IMG/VR virus record: IMGVR_UViG_3300032280_000315
Location: 1 to 39,416 of that record
Direction: 5' to 3' (one strand)
DNA length: 39,416 nucleotides
Origin: a virus
Taxonomy: Duplodnaviria > Caudoviricetes
This document shows, piece by piece, positions 16,414 to 26,102 of this stretch. Position numbers and translations under genes: made by a program. Below the pieces are notes generated by a model. The model saw only the letters and a program-made list of their open reading frames with translations, ran no database searches and was not told the DNA's origin. Position 1 is the stretch's first letter; every line of letters begins with the position of its first letter.

Positions 16414-17861
16414 TGAGCAGCCTTCCTACGAATGGTACCATCAGGGGCTTTGTACATCCCACCAGCAGGCACGGCGTTGTAGGAATCCGTGTCGGTAACC
16501 GTGTAGTCGAAACCTGGGCCGCCGTCCGTAACGCCCGCCGGGGCCGGGGTCTGTACCCCCCTTTGGGGGGCCGTGGGCGGAGGCGCGCTACCACTGGCCC
16601 CGCCCGTCCCCGGCCTGAAGGAAGGGGCCGGGGTTCCCCCCGATCCGCCAGAGGACATTTCACCCTTTAGCAGATCATGTCGCTTCTGGACGATCTCTAG
16701 AATCCCTTGAGCTTTACGCATAAGCTCGGGGACATCATCAGCCTCACCGGGGAGGTACGACAACGCAGAGGCTTTCTCCACCGCGGTGAGCGCGGAGCCG
16801 AACCGGCCATGACGGATGCCGTCAGTGATGTACATGAGCTTCTGAATGGCGTTGGCCGTCGCCGGATCGCGCATGTACTGGTTGACGATCGAACTGCCCA
16901 TCCCGAACGGCACAGCGTTCTGGATGAGACCGGGGATCAACCCCGTACCCTTGCCGGGCGCAGACGACAGCTCAGTGATGGCTTCCGACAGCTGGTCCAG
17001 ATCCGCCTGGGTTTCAACCAGCCCTCGACGGGTTTTCTCACTAGCAGGGTTGCGATTACCTTTCATCCCTTCGCGAGCCAGCCCGTAGTCGCCCCGCATC
17101 ATTTCGGCGGCGACGGCTTGCTCAGCGCGAATGCGAGCCAGTTCGCGGCGGTTATCCATTTCCGCACGTTGGAGCGTCTCACGGGACTCCCGGTCCAACC
17201 TGCGGTCATTCAGTCGGTCCCGAATTTCCATCGCACGCTGCTCCAGCTGCATGCGTTTGTTATCCGCCCAAGCCGGGTTCTGCTGAACGTTACCTTCAGC
17301 GTCAACGTACATCGACTCGCCCAACGCCTTAGGCTGTTGGTCGATCATTTCAGTGAACCCTTTCGAGGCCGCTTGACGAGCCATGGGGATCGCCATGCCT
17401 TGCCCCAGCCACGCAAGCTTGTCCTCTCGCGTCGGCTGCTGAGTGAACTCCATAGAATGATCGACCATCGGCATAGCGTTACCGTCGTCGTCATTGGGTA
17501 CCATAGGGGGCGCTTGGTAGTTCTGCGTTACTTGGCGCGCACGAGGAATCGCAGACACCCAATTGCCGAAGGCTTTCTGCTCCTGCTGCCCCAGCTGCGC
17601 TTCCTCTTGGTTGAGACGGTAGTCCTGATACTCATTCAGTCCTGCCCCAACTCCAGCACTTAGTTGTTCCAGCGGATCGGGGGCGACATAAATGCCGCTG
17701 ACCATTTGACCCTGCGGAGCTTTGCGAGTGCGCAGTTCGTCAACCATTTTGCGTTGACGAGAAATGCGCCCCCGAGCCGCATCAAAGTACGGAGGCTCAT
17801 TGGGGTCGGCCGGGGCGCCAACGCCCGGCATGCCGTATCCCATTCCAGGAGCAAAAGCCAT
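16410..17861 (-). CDS. Internal virion / DNA ejection protein
   Basis: 483 aa with a PQGQMVSG.YVAP motif and coiled-coil character. Position fits an ejection protein. Confidence 0.65.
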   Translation of the reverse strand: MAFAPGMGYGMPGVGAPADPNEPPYFDAARGRISRQRKMVDELRTRKAPQGQMVSGIYVAPDPLEQLSAGVGAGLNEYQDYRLNQEEAQLGQQEQKAFGNWVSAIPRARQVTQNYQAPPMVPNDDDGNAMPMVDHSMEFTQQPTREDKLAWLGQGMAIPMARQAASKGFTEMIDQQPKALGESMYVDAEGNVQQNPAWADNKRMQLEQRAMEIRDRLNDRRLDRESRETLQRAEMDNRRELARIRAEQAVAAEMMRGDYGLAREGMKGNRNPASEKTRRGLVETQADLDQLSEAITELSSAPGKGTGLIPGLIQNAVPFGMGSSIVNQYMRDPATANAIQKLMYITDGIRHGRFGSALTAVEKASALSYLPGEADDVPELMRKAQGILEIVQKRHDLLKGEMSSGGSGGTPAPSFRPGTGGASGSAPPPTAPQRGVQTPAPAGVTDGGPGFDYTVTDTDSYNAVPAGGMYKAPDGTIRRKAAQ

Positions 17862-17870
17862 GGTTTCCCC

Positions 17871-18806
17871 TTAGCCCATCCGGGAGCCGATTTGCGACCC
17901 GATTTGCGCCCCTTTGAACGCCCCCGCAGGACCTCCAGCCAAGAACCCGCCCCCGGCCCCAAGAAGAGTGGTTCCTGCTCTAATCAGTCCGCCGCGACGA
18001 TTGCTACGAGCCGCTTGTTGAGCGTTGTACCGCTGGATGGCCGCCGCGTCTTGATCTTGACCAGCTTGGTAAACTTGCGCAGCGTCGAACTGCGTACCCG
18101 TGTTGAAATTCTCAAACTGGGGCTGCATACCTTGCTCAGTAGCTTGAAACTGAGCGTATTCTTGCATCGGCAGCGAGCGGCGGCGCAGGGCTTCGCTCAA
18201 CTGCTGAGCGCGAGTCTGATTTTGCTGAGTAGCCAACCCGGACTGACGATCCACGAGGTTCCCCGACACGTCAACCGCCGACAGCAGCGCTTTGCGTTCT
18301 GCGTCGTTCTCGCGGATGCTAATGTCCTCGTTGGTGCGCTGAGACAACCGAGTGTTGCCAACGTTGCCCATTGCCGACAGACGAGTTTGGTCCCGCTCAC
18401 GAGCGCGGTCGAGTCCCGGCTGGAGCGCCCCCATCATAGCGTCTTGGACTTCCTTCACGTATCCAAACTCGCCCTTGGAGGGGTCAACCGTGGCGTAGTC
18501 TACCATGTTAGGGTTGAACTCAGACATTGCGGTTTCAGACGCACGCCCCATCAGCCCGCCTCGGGCCGTCCGAGACTGGTCTAGCAAAGCCTGGTCTTGC
18601 GCGTTCAAACTTGTGGTCTGAGTCCACTGGCCATTCGGCCCCTCGTTCCATTGTACAGACCCCCAAGGGTTGACTTGGTTGGGTCGGTTGGTACGAGTCT
18701 GCTGCTGAGCCGCTTGACGGCCCAGATCCGCTTGCTGAGTAGCAAGCGCAGCGTAATCAGGTGCCGGCGCAGGTGCCGGCGGCGGCGCTGCTGGCTTTTT
18801 GGCCAT
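17871..18806 (-). CDS. DNA transfer / pilot-like virion protein
   Basis: APDY...NRPNQVNPWGS N-terminus, Gln/Ala-rich body and Gly-rich hydrophobic C-terminus. Confidence 0.7.
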   Translation of the reverse strand: MAKKPAAPPPAPAPAPDYAALATQQADLGRQAAQQQTRTNRPNQVNPWGSVQWNEGPNGQWTQTTSLNAQDQALLDQSRTARGGLMGRASETAMSEFNPNMVDYATVDPSKGEFGYVKEVQDAMMGALQPGLDRARERDQTRLSAMGNVGNTRLSQRTNEDISIRENDAERKALLSAVDVSGNLVDRQSGLATQQNQTRAQQLSEALRRRSLPMQEYAQFQATEQGMQPQFENFNTGTQFDAAQVYQAGQDQDAAAIQRYNAQQAARSNRRGGLIRAGTTLLGAGGGFLAGGPAGAFKGAQIGSQIGSRMG

Positions 18807-19239
18807 GTGAGGTTCCTCTTGCCCAACGGGCGCGATTATACGTGGCCCGGCTTAGGCAGTAAAGCTCGCCGGTACGACCAGGTCCATACCAATCTTGAAG
18901 TCTGCCTTCGTTCACGAAACCCAGCCGTTCTAACTGCTTACCCCAAGCTACGTTGCGAGTATCTGTGATAGAAGTGAGGCGAGTACGAGCATTGTCGGCA
19001 AAGCAGAAATCGCCAATTGCTCGCAGAAACCGACGGTTGGCCCAACGCTTAGAGTGATCCGTGACCAAAGTAAGCTCGACATTGTGTTCCCCCCAATCCG
19101 AAAGGGCGCAAATGGCCAAGGCAAAGCCGAGGTCGTCAACGAGCGTGATCAAATATGAGGTACGCGGAGAATGCGACGAATCCAGCTCCTGATTGAGCAG
19201 CCAGAAGAAGGCAGGCAGCTGATCGTGCACAACCTTCAC
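18757..19239 (-). CDS. GNAT-fold protein of the podophage tail module
   Basis: N......ERLGF..EG.L motif, located between the tail tube and pilot genes. Confidence 0.75.
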   Translation of the reverse strand: MKVVHDQLPAFFWLLNQELDSSHSPRTSYLITLVDDLGFALAICALSDWGEHNVELTLVTDHSKRWANRRFLRAIGDFCFADNARTRLTSITDTRNVAWGKQLERLGFVNEGRLQDWYGPGRTGELYCLSRATYNRARWARGTSHGQKASSAAAGTCAGT

Positions 19240-20810
19240 AGCACGCCTCCCGACTCAGTGAGCCAGTCTGTGCTAACCCAATAAGTGTTGTACAAAGAGC
19301 TGATACGGATACGGACTGTGATAGCCATTCCGACTCCGCGCGATTGAATCCAGTACCGGAGGACATTTAGCGAACCGCCCCATGTGCCGCTGTCCCAAAA
19401 TCCCGTATCCCATAGCCCAGAAAATATCGTAGGCAAGGGGACCGTTGCCGGTTGGGTGGTAAGGTCGAAGTCGAACAAAGTAATTGCGTTCAGCGAGTAG
19501 GGGCCATCCGTCACAAACGTCGGTCGGAACATCTTAGGATGCTTTTGCTGACCGGGCGCGTCAAAATAATTGAAAGCTTGGATAACTTCAGCTTCTATCG
19601 CGCTGCCCCCGGCACCTACCCGAGACACGTTATCGGCGTTGTAGTACCAACCGCGGTATACAATACTACCGCTGGCAAAGTACATTTCTCCATCCATCAA
19701 CCCGAAACACGTTGCTGCGTACCCTTTGAACGTACACCAAGACCGCAGAATCGTGTTACTGACAACTTGGTTTAGATCAACAGGCCCCGGTACGTTGATC
19801 ATGAGCATATTGTTCGCGGGGTACACGAACGGCTCCCAACCAAAGTTTGCTCCGTGCTCAGTTGTTAAATCAGCAAGAAGTTGCTGAATCTTGGCGCTGT
19901 AATTGTTGTAGCGGGATTCGTTGACCTTGGTTGACGCCAGAGACTCGCTGAGGGCCACAACGCCCTTTTCGGTCATAATGACCGCTTCTCCGCCAAGTTT
20001 AGTGACGCAACGTCGCCCAATCGGGGCGCCAATGTAGTACACCCCTTGTAGGGTAAAATCTGTACCAGGGTCGATGCCGCTGAATACGGCAACTTCGCCC
20101 TCGCTACTGATCGCAATTAAATGGTCGTCCGCGCCGTCGCCATCGTCAATAGCCCAAGTGTGAAGGGCCATCAAATAGCCGCCTCGACTGAACAACGGGC
20201 CAAAGTCAAACTCTTCCATTGACCCGTACAGTACTTCAACGGGCAAATACCAACCAGAACTGCTGTTCTTTTCTACAACCCAGATCCGCCGTTGGTGGAT
20301 CGTAATGTGAATCGCGTTCTTGGGGTCGAGACCAAACCACTGATTTGCTCCGCCCCCGGCACTGATGCGAATATAAGCGGTACCGTTGTACCAAATTGCG
20401 TCGTCAGCCCCGTTGACCGCTAGCATATGCGAGCCGGCAGGATTGGCAAAGTTGACAAACTGCCAACGAGCGTTCGTCAGACCAGTAACCGCCGCAGCAG
20501 GCGCATTGCTAGAAATGCTAGCGTCGTACATAGTGCCGTTGGTCGACACTGCCCACATTTTGTTAGTGCCGTCTTGGGCCGCGTAGGTTAGCAGCGACTC
20601 AATGCTACCGGCCATGCCGGTAGTCCATTCTTGGTAGCCTTTCCGCATCACTGCCCCGTAGGGCTGCGGATACATGTTTTTCATCAGGACAGCGTCCTGA
20701 GTAGGCATGTTAGCAATGGAGTCGTACGCATTGAGGCCCCCGATGGGGGCAGCAATGGTCGTCGCCTTGCTGACGGCGCGGATAGACTGAGAAAACAGAC
20801 CGTCGATCAC
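19236..20810 (-). CDS. Tail tubular/nozzle protein (P22 gp10 / T7 gp12-like role)
   Basis: 524 aa, beta-rich, with APIGGLNA.D..A.M at the N-terminus and WD..FWD near the C-terminus. Confidence 0.8.
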   Translation of the reverse strand: MIDGLFSQSIRAVSKATTIAAPIGGLNAYDSIANMPTQDAVLMKNMYPQPYGAVMRKGYQEWTTGMAGSIESLLTYAAQDGTNKMWAVSTNGTMYDASISSNAPAAAVTGLTNARWQFVNFANPAGSHMLAVNGADDAIWYNGTAYIRISAGGGANQWFGLDPKNAIHITIHQRRIWVVEKNSSSGWYLPVEVLYGSMEEFDFGPLFSRGGYLMALHTWAIDDGDGADDHLIAISSEGEVAVFSGIDPGTDFTLQGVYYIGAPIGRRCVTKLGGEAVIMTEKGVVALSESLASTKVNESRYNNYSAKIQQLLADLTTEHGANFGWEPFVYPANNMLMINVPGPVDLNQVVSNTILRSWCTFKGYAATCFGLMDGEMYFASGSIVYRGWYYNADNVSRVGAGGSAIEAEVIQAFNYFDAPGQQKHPKMFRPTFVTDGPYSLNAITLFDFDLTTQPATVPLPTIFSGLWDTGFWDSGTWGGSLNVLRYWIQSRGVGMAITVRIRISSLYNTYWVSTDWLTESGGVL

Positions 20811-21526
20811 GGGATGGGCCAGTTACCGTCAGGCAAGCTATACGGTCCAATTAGAATGGATCGCACTCGCGGGGCCATGTTCAGTACCGGTGCCCCCTTC
20901 TCCTTACCGGTCAAAGTGGTAAAGACAGTGAGGAAATCTTTCAGTACCGCGTCAGTACTCAAACCTTTTGCCTCAAAGAATCGGAGCTTGACTAGTTTGA
21001 CCAACAGCCAACAATCAAGCAGAGGAATCTGAGAATCAAGAGTCACAGAATCTGTATACGTCGCAGGCGAGCCGGGAACTTCCACCCAAGTTTTCTTGAT
21101 GTACTCCATTGCCAAAGTCCACGGAGTCGCGCCAGGAACGGGGTGGACATAGAAGCGATCTTCCATCACTCGGAAGCGAAGCCGTGGTCCCTGAGACAGC
21201 AGTCCACCTTTGAGCCATTGCCATTCTTGGGCCGACTTAGGGCCCATCAAAGGCCAATGGTTAGTCCGATCCCATTGCGTCTGATCCAAGTAGTACAGCC
21301 AATCATTTGGCATACTGTAATACTGGGTACCAGAGACTGTCGTGATCAGCTGCTCCCCTCGCAGTTGTTGCCACGGGTAGCCAAGGGTCAGATCCGCCCC
21401 TGAGCTATTCAGCAGAGCAAGAAGCTGAATAGTTTGGGTATCAGTGTTTGTGACAGAGACGGTCGGAACCAGTCCCAGCTCACCAGCCGCCTGGTTGATG
21501 ATCCAAAGGCCTGTGTTCCGACGCAT
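20807..21526 (-). CDS. Head-to-tail adaptor (tail tubular protein A-like)
   Basis: TQWDRTNHWPL.GP.S.QEWQWLK motif and C-terminal SLPDGNW. Position fits an adaptor. Confidence 0.78.
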   Translation of the reverse strand: MRRNTGLWIINQAAGELGLVPTVSVTNTDTQTIQLLALLNSSGADLTLGYPWQQLRGEQLITTVSGTQYYSMPNDWLYYLDQTQWDRTNHWPLMGPKSAQEWQWLKGGLLSQGPRLRFRVMEDRFYVHPVPGATPWTLAMEYIKKTWVEVPGSPATYTDSVTLDSQIPLLDCWLLVKLVKLRFFEAKGLSTDAVLKDFLTVFTTLTGKEKGAPVLNMAPRVRSILIGPYSLPDGNWPIP

Positions 21527-21534
21527 CTGTTACC

Positions 21535-22119
21535 TCACTTGGCGGGGGTTGCCTTGACGGCTGCAACCTTGCGCTCGGCGGCGATCATGGCAATCTGCTC
21601 CTCCAGAGCTTTGATGCGATCGTCCCGCTCCGCAAGCTCGGCGTCACGCTTGTTCTGATCGGCTACCCCTTTGGAGGCGTCGAGGAACTTGCGAGCTTTC
21701 TCACGAAGGGCAAAATTGCCCATCATTTTCTGAGCCAGCTGATCAGCCATTTCGGCCAGCTGCTCAACGGTGTGAACGTGCATCGCTTTGAGCTCAGCAG
21801 TTTGGGACGGGGTGACGCCCGGCAGACTGTCGAGCGGAGTGCCGACGACAGCTTGGTCCATCCCGTCTTTGTACCGCTTCCATTGCTCGGGCCAGCGCTG
21901 CTGGTAGTGAAAATTGGCTTCCGTATCAATCATCGTGTTGCGGTCGCCCGGCACGTGGATCTGGACGTAATCCACATCTTTGTAGATCGCACGACCTTCC
22001 TGTTCCGACTTGAAGGTCTGCTTCACTGCGCGGCGGTAGAACCGCACGTGGAGCCGCTTGTCCTGCTGGAACACCGGCTGAGCGAAAACGTCGACATCGA
22101 CGGGGTTGTCGTATGGCAT
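21535..22119 (-). CDS. Conserved hypothetical head-module protein
   Basis: S..EGR.IY...DYV.I.VPGD and GTPL...TVEQLA motifs, with a C-terminal coiled coil. Confidence 0.8.
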   Translation of the reverse strand: MPYDNPVDVDVFAQPVFQQDKRLHVRFYRRAVKQTFKSEQEGRAIYKDVDYVQIHVPGDRNTMIDTEANFHYQQRWPEQWKRYKDGMDQAVVGTPLDSLPGVTPSQTAELKAMHVHTVEQLAEMADQLAQKMMGNFALREKARKFLDASKGVADQNKRDAELAERDDRIKALEEQIAMIAAERKVAAVKATPAK

Positions 22120-22144
22120 GTTATTTCCTTCTGGGCTGTGGCGG

Positions 22145-22330
22145 TTAAACTAAGTTGTTAACTAGCATCGTGTATTGTTGCTCATATTCGTCGGCGTAGT
22201 CTTGTAATTGCGTTTGCAACGCTACGCCGGTATTAGCAGACACAATGATTTGTCCAAACGATTGGTCGGCAAATTTCACAAGAATTGTGTAATAGGGTGG
22301 CTCAAAGTCAATGACGCCAACCGTTGACAT
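22145..22330 (-). CDS. Hypothetical protein (61 aa)
   Basis: ORF starts 2 bp after the stop of the 703-aa gene. Confidence 0.6.
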   Translation of the reverse strand: MSTVGVIDFEPPYYTILVKFADQSFGQIIVSANTGVALQTQLQDYADEYEQQYTMLVNNLV

Positions 22331-22332
22331 AA

Positions 22333-24444
22333 TTACACCGTGCGGCTCAGCTTGACCTTGACTTGGCCAGCCGCCACGGCGGTCGTGTCGGAATCGGCCG
22401 CGCCGCCGGTGATGGCGATGCCCAGACCCAGCGAGAACCGCAAACCAAGGTAGCCAAGCGACAGCGGGGGAGCTACACCAGGCACGCCGGCAATTGCCGC
22501 CGGAATCGGGATGATCATCTCAGGAACGTCGGTACCAACCGTGGGGGCCGTAGCCTTGTTGTACAGCTTGACGTAAGCTGCGCCTGCGCCCGTGTTGGTG
22601 GCGTAGAACGATTGAAGGCCCGAAGTGCCCGTAATAATCAGCGCACCGTTGGTGGTCGCAGCGCTGTTCAGGAAAAACGCCGTGGCCGGGACCGGAGGTA
22701 CGCCTGCAGTGGTGACCGTGGCGATGTTCCACGTGCCCGATTGAGTAGCGGCAGAAGTGCCGCCTTGAAGGACTACGGGACTGGCCGCCGAAGCGTCACC
22801 CGACGGACGGGCCAGCATTTCGACGCGCTCGCGCTCATAGTCGAAGATGCGAACAAACGACACGCGAAGATCGGTGCGCTTGAGAATCGCGCCGCCGCAG
22901 TTGACCGACCCGAAGTCCGCCGGCAGCACTCGCTGATGCGCATACGGCAGCACCAGCGCCAGCGTCGTGGTTGCAACGTTGGCAACTTTCCACGGGCCGT
23001 CCACGTCAAGCGACGCGCCCGCGACCGCTTCTCGCACGCTGACTGCTTGAACCGTATCGCCAATCGACAGACTTGCCCAGTTGGTGTTGCCGGTCAGCAC
23101 CAGTTGGCGAGTACCGTCGGACAGCGTCGACAGTACAGCAGTCTGCGCCACGATAACCGATGCGCCAATCGCGGACATCAGGTTGCCGCCGTTGACCTTA
23201 GCGACAAAGCCGCCATAGGTGGTAGCGGTGCCGGCCGTACCTTGGATGATGGTGAACGTGTTCGCGTCCACAACCGAAGCAACCGCAGTCGCTACCAGCA
23301 GGTTGGGGAACGAAGTAGCCGTCTGATCGCGGTTGCCGTAGATGACAACAGGATCGCCAAGCGCAAGCCCGTGCGGGGTCGCCGTGACGTGAGTCGCCGT
23401 CGTTGTGCCGGACTTCGTGGACGAAACAATTTGAGCGCTGGGGACGGTCAGCGAGTCATTGTTGGTTGTACGGATGCGAAGCTTGTACTGGCGACTCGGG
23501 TCGGGAACAACTTGCGTACGAAGCAGCCGATTCGACGTCTGCGTCAGAGCGTCCGGGGCACTGTCGTACCATTGAATCCTGTCGGCTTGAATGTTGAGAC
23601 GATACTCGGTCGCCGCAGCAAAGGCGTAAGTGTTCGCAGAGTTGATCAGCTGCGTCGAAGCAGTCGTGCCGACAGTAACCGAATGCGAACCTCCGGCCGT
23701 ACCTGACGGAAACGCATCGCCTGCCTCGGAGCGCGTGTACAGGCTTGCGTTCGTCGCGGTGCCGTTCTCGAAGATCTGCGACACGCCGTTGACTGCTCGG
23801 CCCAGCCGCTCGCGGAAGTACACGAAGCCCTTGGCGCCTGTAGGCTCAGTGATCGTCTGCGACGCAATGGTGCCGCCGGGGCCGGCCGTGCAGGTGAACT
23901 GGTTGGGCGCGGGGACGCTCGCCACTACCAGCGACGGGTAGTTGGCAACAGAATTGCTGCAGTTGCGGATACCGATGGACTTGCCGACAGTCAGTCCGTG
24001 CGACAGAACGGTGGTGACCGCCAGCACGGTCGTGGTCTGAGTGATCGATGAGATTTCCAGATCGTCTACATCGGGTAGAGGATGTTCAACGCTGACCATT
24101 TCAAACGAGAATTCTTGACCCAGAGTACGCTGCGACAGCGACGCTCCAAAGGCCAGTTCGATTGGCATATCGTAGTTGCCAACCGTTTCGATGAACGATT
24201 CGTTGCCCGCCGTCAGCGGGTCTTTGGAGATGACGAGGTAGCTTGACGCAACCGCGTTACCATCGACGTAGATCAGGTCGCCGTCTGCTTTGGTCTCGTT
24301 CCAACGGTCACCGTTGGGGACGTAAACCTCAAAGGCGTCTCTGAACTTGCCGGTGATGTTTGATGTCGTGACCGGGAGAGGGTCTTCAGGCGACGACGCA
24401 ACGGGCACGCCGTTGCGCATAAAGCATGCTACGTTCGTTGACAT
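22333..24444 (-). CDS. Large beta-rich virion protein (putative head fibre/appendage)
   Basis: 703 aa, Thr/Val/Ala/Gly-rich, with repeated T..HGL..G(K/D) modules and a GGAGG RBS. Confidence 0.6.
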   Translation of the reverse strand: MSTNVACFMRNGVPVASSPEDPLPVTTSNITGKFRDAFEVYVPNGDRWNETKADGDLIYVDGNAVASSYLVISKDPLTAGNESFIETVGNYDMPIELAFGASLSQRTLGQEFSFEMVSVEHPLPDVDDLEISSITQTTTVLAVTTVLSHGLTVGKSIGIRNCSNSVANYPSLVVASVPAPNQFTCTAGPGGTIASQTITEPTGAKGFVYFRERLGRAVNGVSQIFENGTATNASLYTRSEAGDAFPSGTAGGSHSVTVGTTASTQLINSANTYAFAAATEYRLNIQADRIQWYDSAPDALTQTSNRLLRTQVVPDPSRQYKLRIRTTNNDSLTVPSAQIVSSTKSGTTTATHVTATPHGLALGDPVVIYGNRDQTATSFPNLLVATAVASVVDANTFTIIQGTAGTATTYGGFVAKVNGGNLMSAIGASVIVAQTAVLSTLSDGTRQLVLTGNTNWASLSIGDTVQAVSVREAVAGASLDVDGPWKVANVATTTLALVLPYAHQRVLPADFGSVNCGGAILKRTDLRVSFVRIFDYERERVEMLARPSGDASAASPVVLQGGTSAATQSGTWNIATVTTAGVPPVPATAFFLNSAATTNGALIITGTSGLQSFYATNTGAGAAYVKLYNKATAPTVGTDVPEMIIPIPAAIAGVPGVAPPLSLGYLGLRFSLGLGIAITGGAADSDTTAVAAGQVKVKLSRTV

Positions 24445-24460
24445 TCAGAGCCCTCCAAGA

Positions 24461-24482
24461 CTCGGGGGCCGAAGCCCCCGAG
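24461..24482 (-). terminator. Stable cUUCGg hairpin after the capsid/decoration genes
   Basis: CTCGGGGGC-TTCG-GCCCCCGAG on the - strand, followed by a weak U-tail (TCTT). Confidence 0.65.
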
Positions 24483-24490
24483 GTTGCCAG

Positions 24491-25000
24491 TTACAGCGTG
24501 CGGTAGACAGTCGGGTAGTTGAACACCGCGGCGGTGTTCGCAGCGCCAGTGGCCGTGGTCGTGATGACCAGACCCACCAGTTGCTCCGAACCTGCCGTGG
24601 CGTCATCGTCCAGCGTGCCGGCCGTGGCCGTGGTGTTCAGCAGGGTGTTGCGGACGCACGAGGCGGCCACACGAACCGTACCGATGCCACGAACCAGCAG
24701 CCAACCCGCGCCCGAAGCCGGGATGGAAACGCCTTGGGGAGCGCCGACCATGCAGCCGACCGTACCACCATCCGTGCCCGGAGTGGAATTGGTCGTATTG
24801 AGCATCGTAGCGACAAAGCCCGCCCGAATACCCGCTGCGAATCGGTCGGTGATGCCGCTGGCGTCTGCTTGCACAAACACGTACTCGTTGCCGGCAATGT
24901 CGAACCCCCGGTCGCCAAGACCGAAGGGCGCCTGACCAGCAGCCAGCTGAGCCGAGGTATAAGCGTTGGTCGGGTCGAGCCCAATAAGAGCGATAGCCAT
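24491..25000 (-). CDS. Capsid decoration / minor capsid protein
   Basis: 169 aa, Ala/Gly/Thr-rich, with G.EYVFVQA and GW..V.G motifs, immediately after the major capsid gene. Confidence 0.72.
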   Translation of the reverse strand: MAIALIGLDPTNAYTSAQLAAGQAPFGLGDRGFDIAGNEYVFVQADASGITDRFAAGIRAGFVATMLNTTNSTPGTDGGTVGCMVGAPQGVSIPASGAGWLLVRGIGTVRVAASCVRNTLLNTTATAGTLDDDATAGSEQLVGLVITTTATGAANTAAVFNYPTVYRTL

Positions 25001-25004
25001 GTTC

Positions 25005-25985
25005 TTACTCCTTGAACTTGCCTTGGAACTGCAGGCCCGACGAAGTCAGGTTACCGGCCCAAGCCATGATCTGCACAGAGGCGTCCTGGTTAACGCTGTA
25101 GCGTTGACCCGGCGACAGCGGAACCATGTTGCGGTCGCGGTGCGGACGGTAGTGAATGAACTTCGTGTTCAGGAAGTACATCTCCTGTGCGTTCATGAAG
25201 CCGCCGATACCGCCGTCAAGGATGACGTCGCAACCCATGAATTTCTGGCTGACAAAGCCAAGGTTGGCATCTTCCGTGGACGTAAACCGCTGCAGAGCCT
25301 GCAGACTTTGCATGAACAGCGCCCAGTAGGTGTTGTCCATGATGATCAGGTCGCAACGATCCTGACCGCGAACCAGCTGGGACCACAGACGGTTCATGTA
25401 CGTCTGGATGTTCGCCGCAGTGGTGGCCCCGCCGCCGTCCGAAGTGGCGTCGAACACTTTGGAGCGCCAGAAGGCCCACGTACCGCGATCAATGCCGCCG
25501 ACAGTGCCGGTAGTCGGATCGCTCGGAACCTGCACTTGCAGACCGGTCAGGGTCTTGCCGCCGAAGCCAGTGCCGTCGCTGTAGATGCCCTGGGCGATGT
25601 AGTTCGCCATGGTCGATTCCGCGACGGTCATGCGCGCTTCCAGCAGATCGATGATCTGCTCTTTGCCGGCGTTCTGGAGTTGCTCCAGGCCGCTGATCGT
25701 CACCGGGACGGCGATCTGCTTGATATCGAACTGCGCGGCGCTGATGACGTCTGCTGCCGCGATGCTCAGTGCCTCGTAGCCCGAGTACCAGCTGGCGTTG
25801 CCGTTCTCAGCGAACGACAGTTCTTGCAGGATCACGTTACCGCCCGAGAAAGGCTTGGTGTTCCCGCGTTGCTTGAGACGCGACAGGAGCGCGTTGTTTT
25901 TGGTGACGTTGTCTGCGATCTGACCGCTGCGCGACTGGATCGTCGTCGCAATGATGTCGCTGATAGAGCTATTGGCGAATGCCAC
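25005..25985 (-). CDS. Major capsid protein
   Basis: MAFAN...DIIATTIQSRSG.IADNVT.NNALL, SGLEQLQNAGKEQIIDLL and WAGNLT.SG. GTG start with GGAGG RBS. Confidence 0.92.
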   Translation of the reverse strand: MAFANSSISDIIATTIQSRSGQIADNVTKNNALLSRLKQRGNTKPFSGGNVILQELSFAENGNASWYSGYEALSIAAADVISAAQFDIKQIAVPVTISGLEQLQNAGKEQIIDLLEARMTVAESTMANYIAQGIYSDGTGFGGKTLTGLQVQVPSDPTTGTVGGIDRGTWAFWRSKVFDATSDGGGATTAANIQTYMNRLWSQLVRGQDRCDLIIMDNTYWALFMQSLQALQRFTSTEDANLGFVSQKFMGCDVILDGGIGGFMNAQEMYFLNTKFIHYRPHRDRNMVPLSPGQRYSVNQDASVQIMAWAGNLTSSGLQFQGKFKE

Positions 25986-25995
25986 TATAACCTCC

Positions 25996-26087
25996 GGGGT
26001 TGAAAAGGGGTCAAAACGGTGCTCGGCATCTCACCGGTGGGTCCTTGGACTCCGGTGGGTTCCCCGAACAGGAACCGCTTCAACCCC
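25996..26087 (-). ncRNA. Candidate multi-stem cis-regulatory RNA in the capsid gene leader
   Basis: A 9-bp closing stem GGGGTTGAA/TTCAACCCC encloses hairpins GGTTCC/GGAACC and CACCGG/CCGGTG. It abuts the RBS. Confidence 0.5.
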
Positions 26088-26102
26088 CAGTGCTGGCTAT
26101 CG

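Noticed and set aside
18757-19239. GNAT protein as the acetyltransferase of the hypermodification pathway
   Set aside because: It occupies the usual position of GNAT-fold genes in podophage tail modules, on the opposite strand and far from the modification genes.
25996-26087. tRNA gene
   Set aside because: The fold is cloverleaf-like, but there is no TTCGA T-loop, D-loop GG pattern, 7-nt anticodon loop or CCA end.
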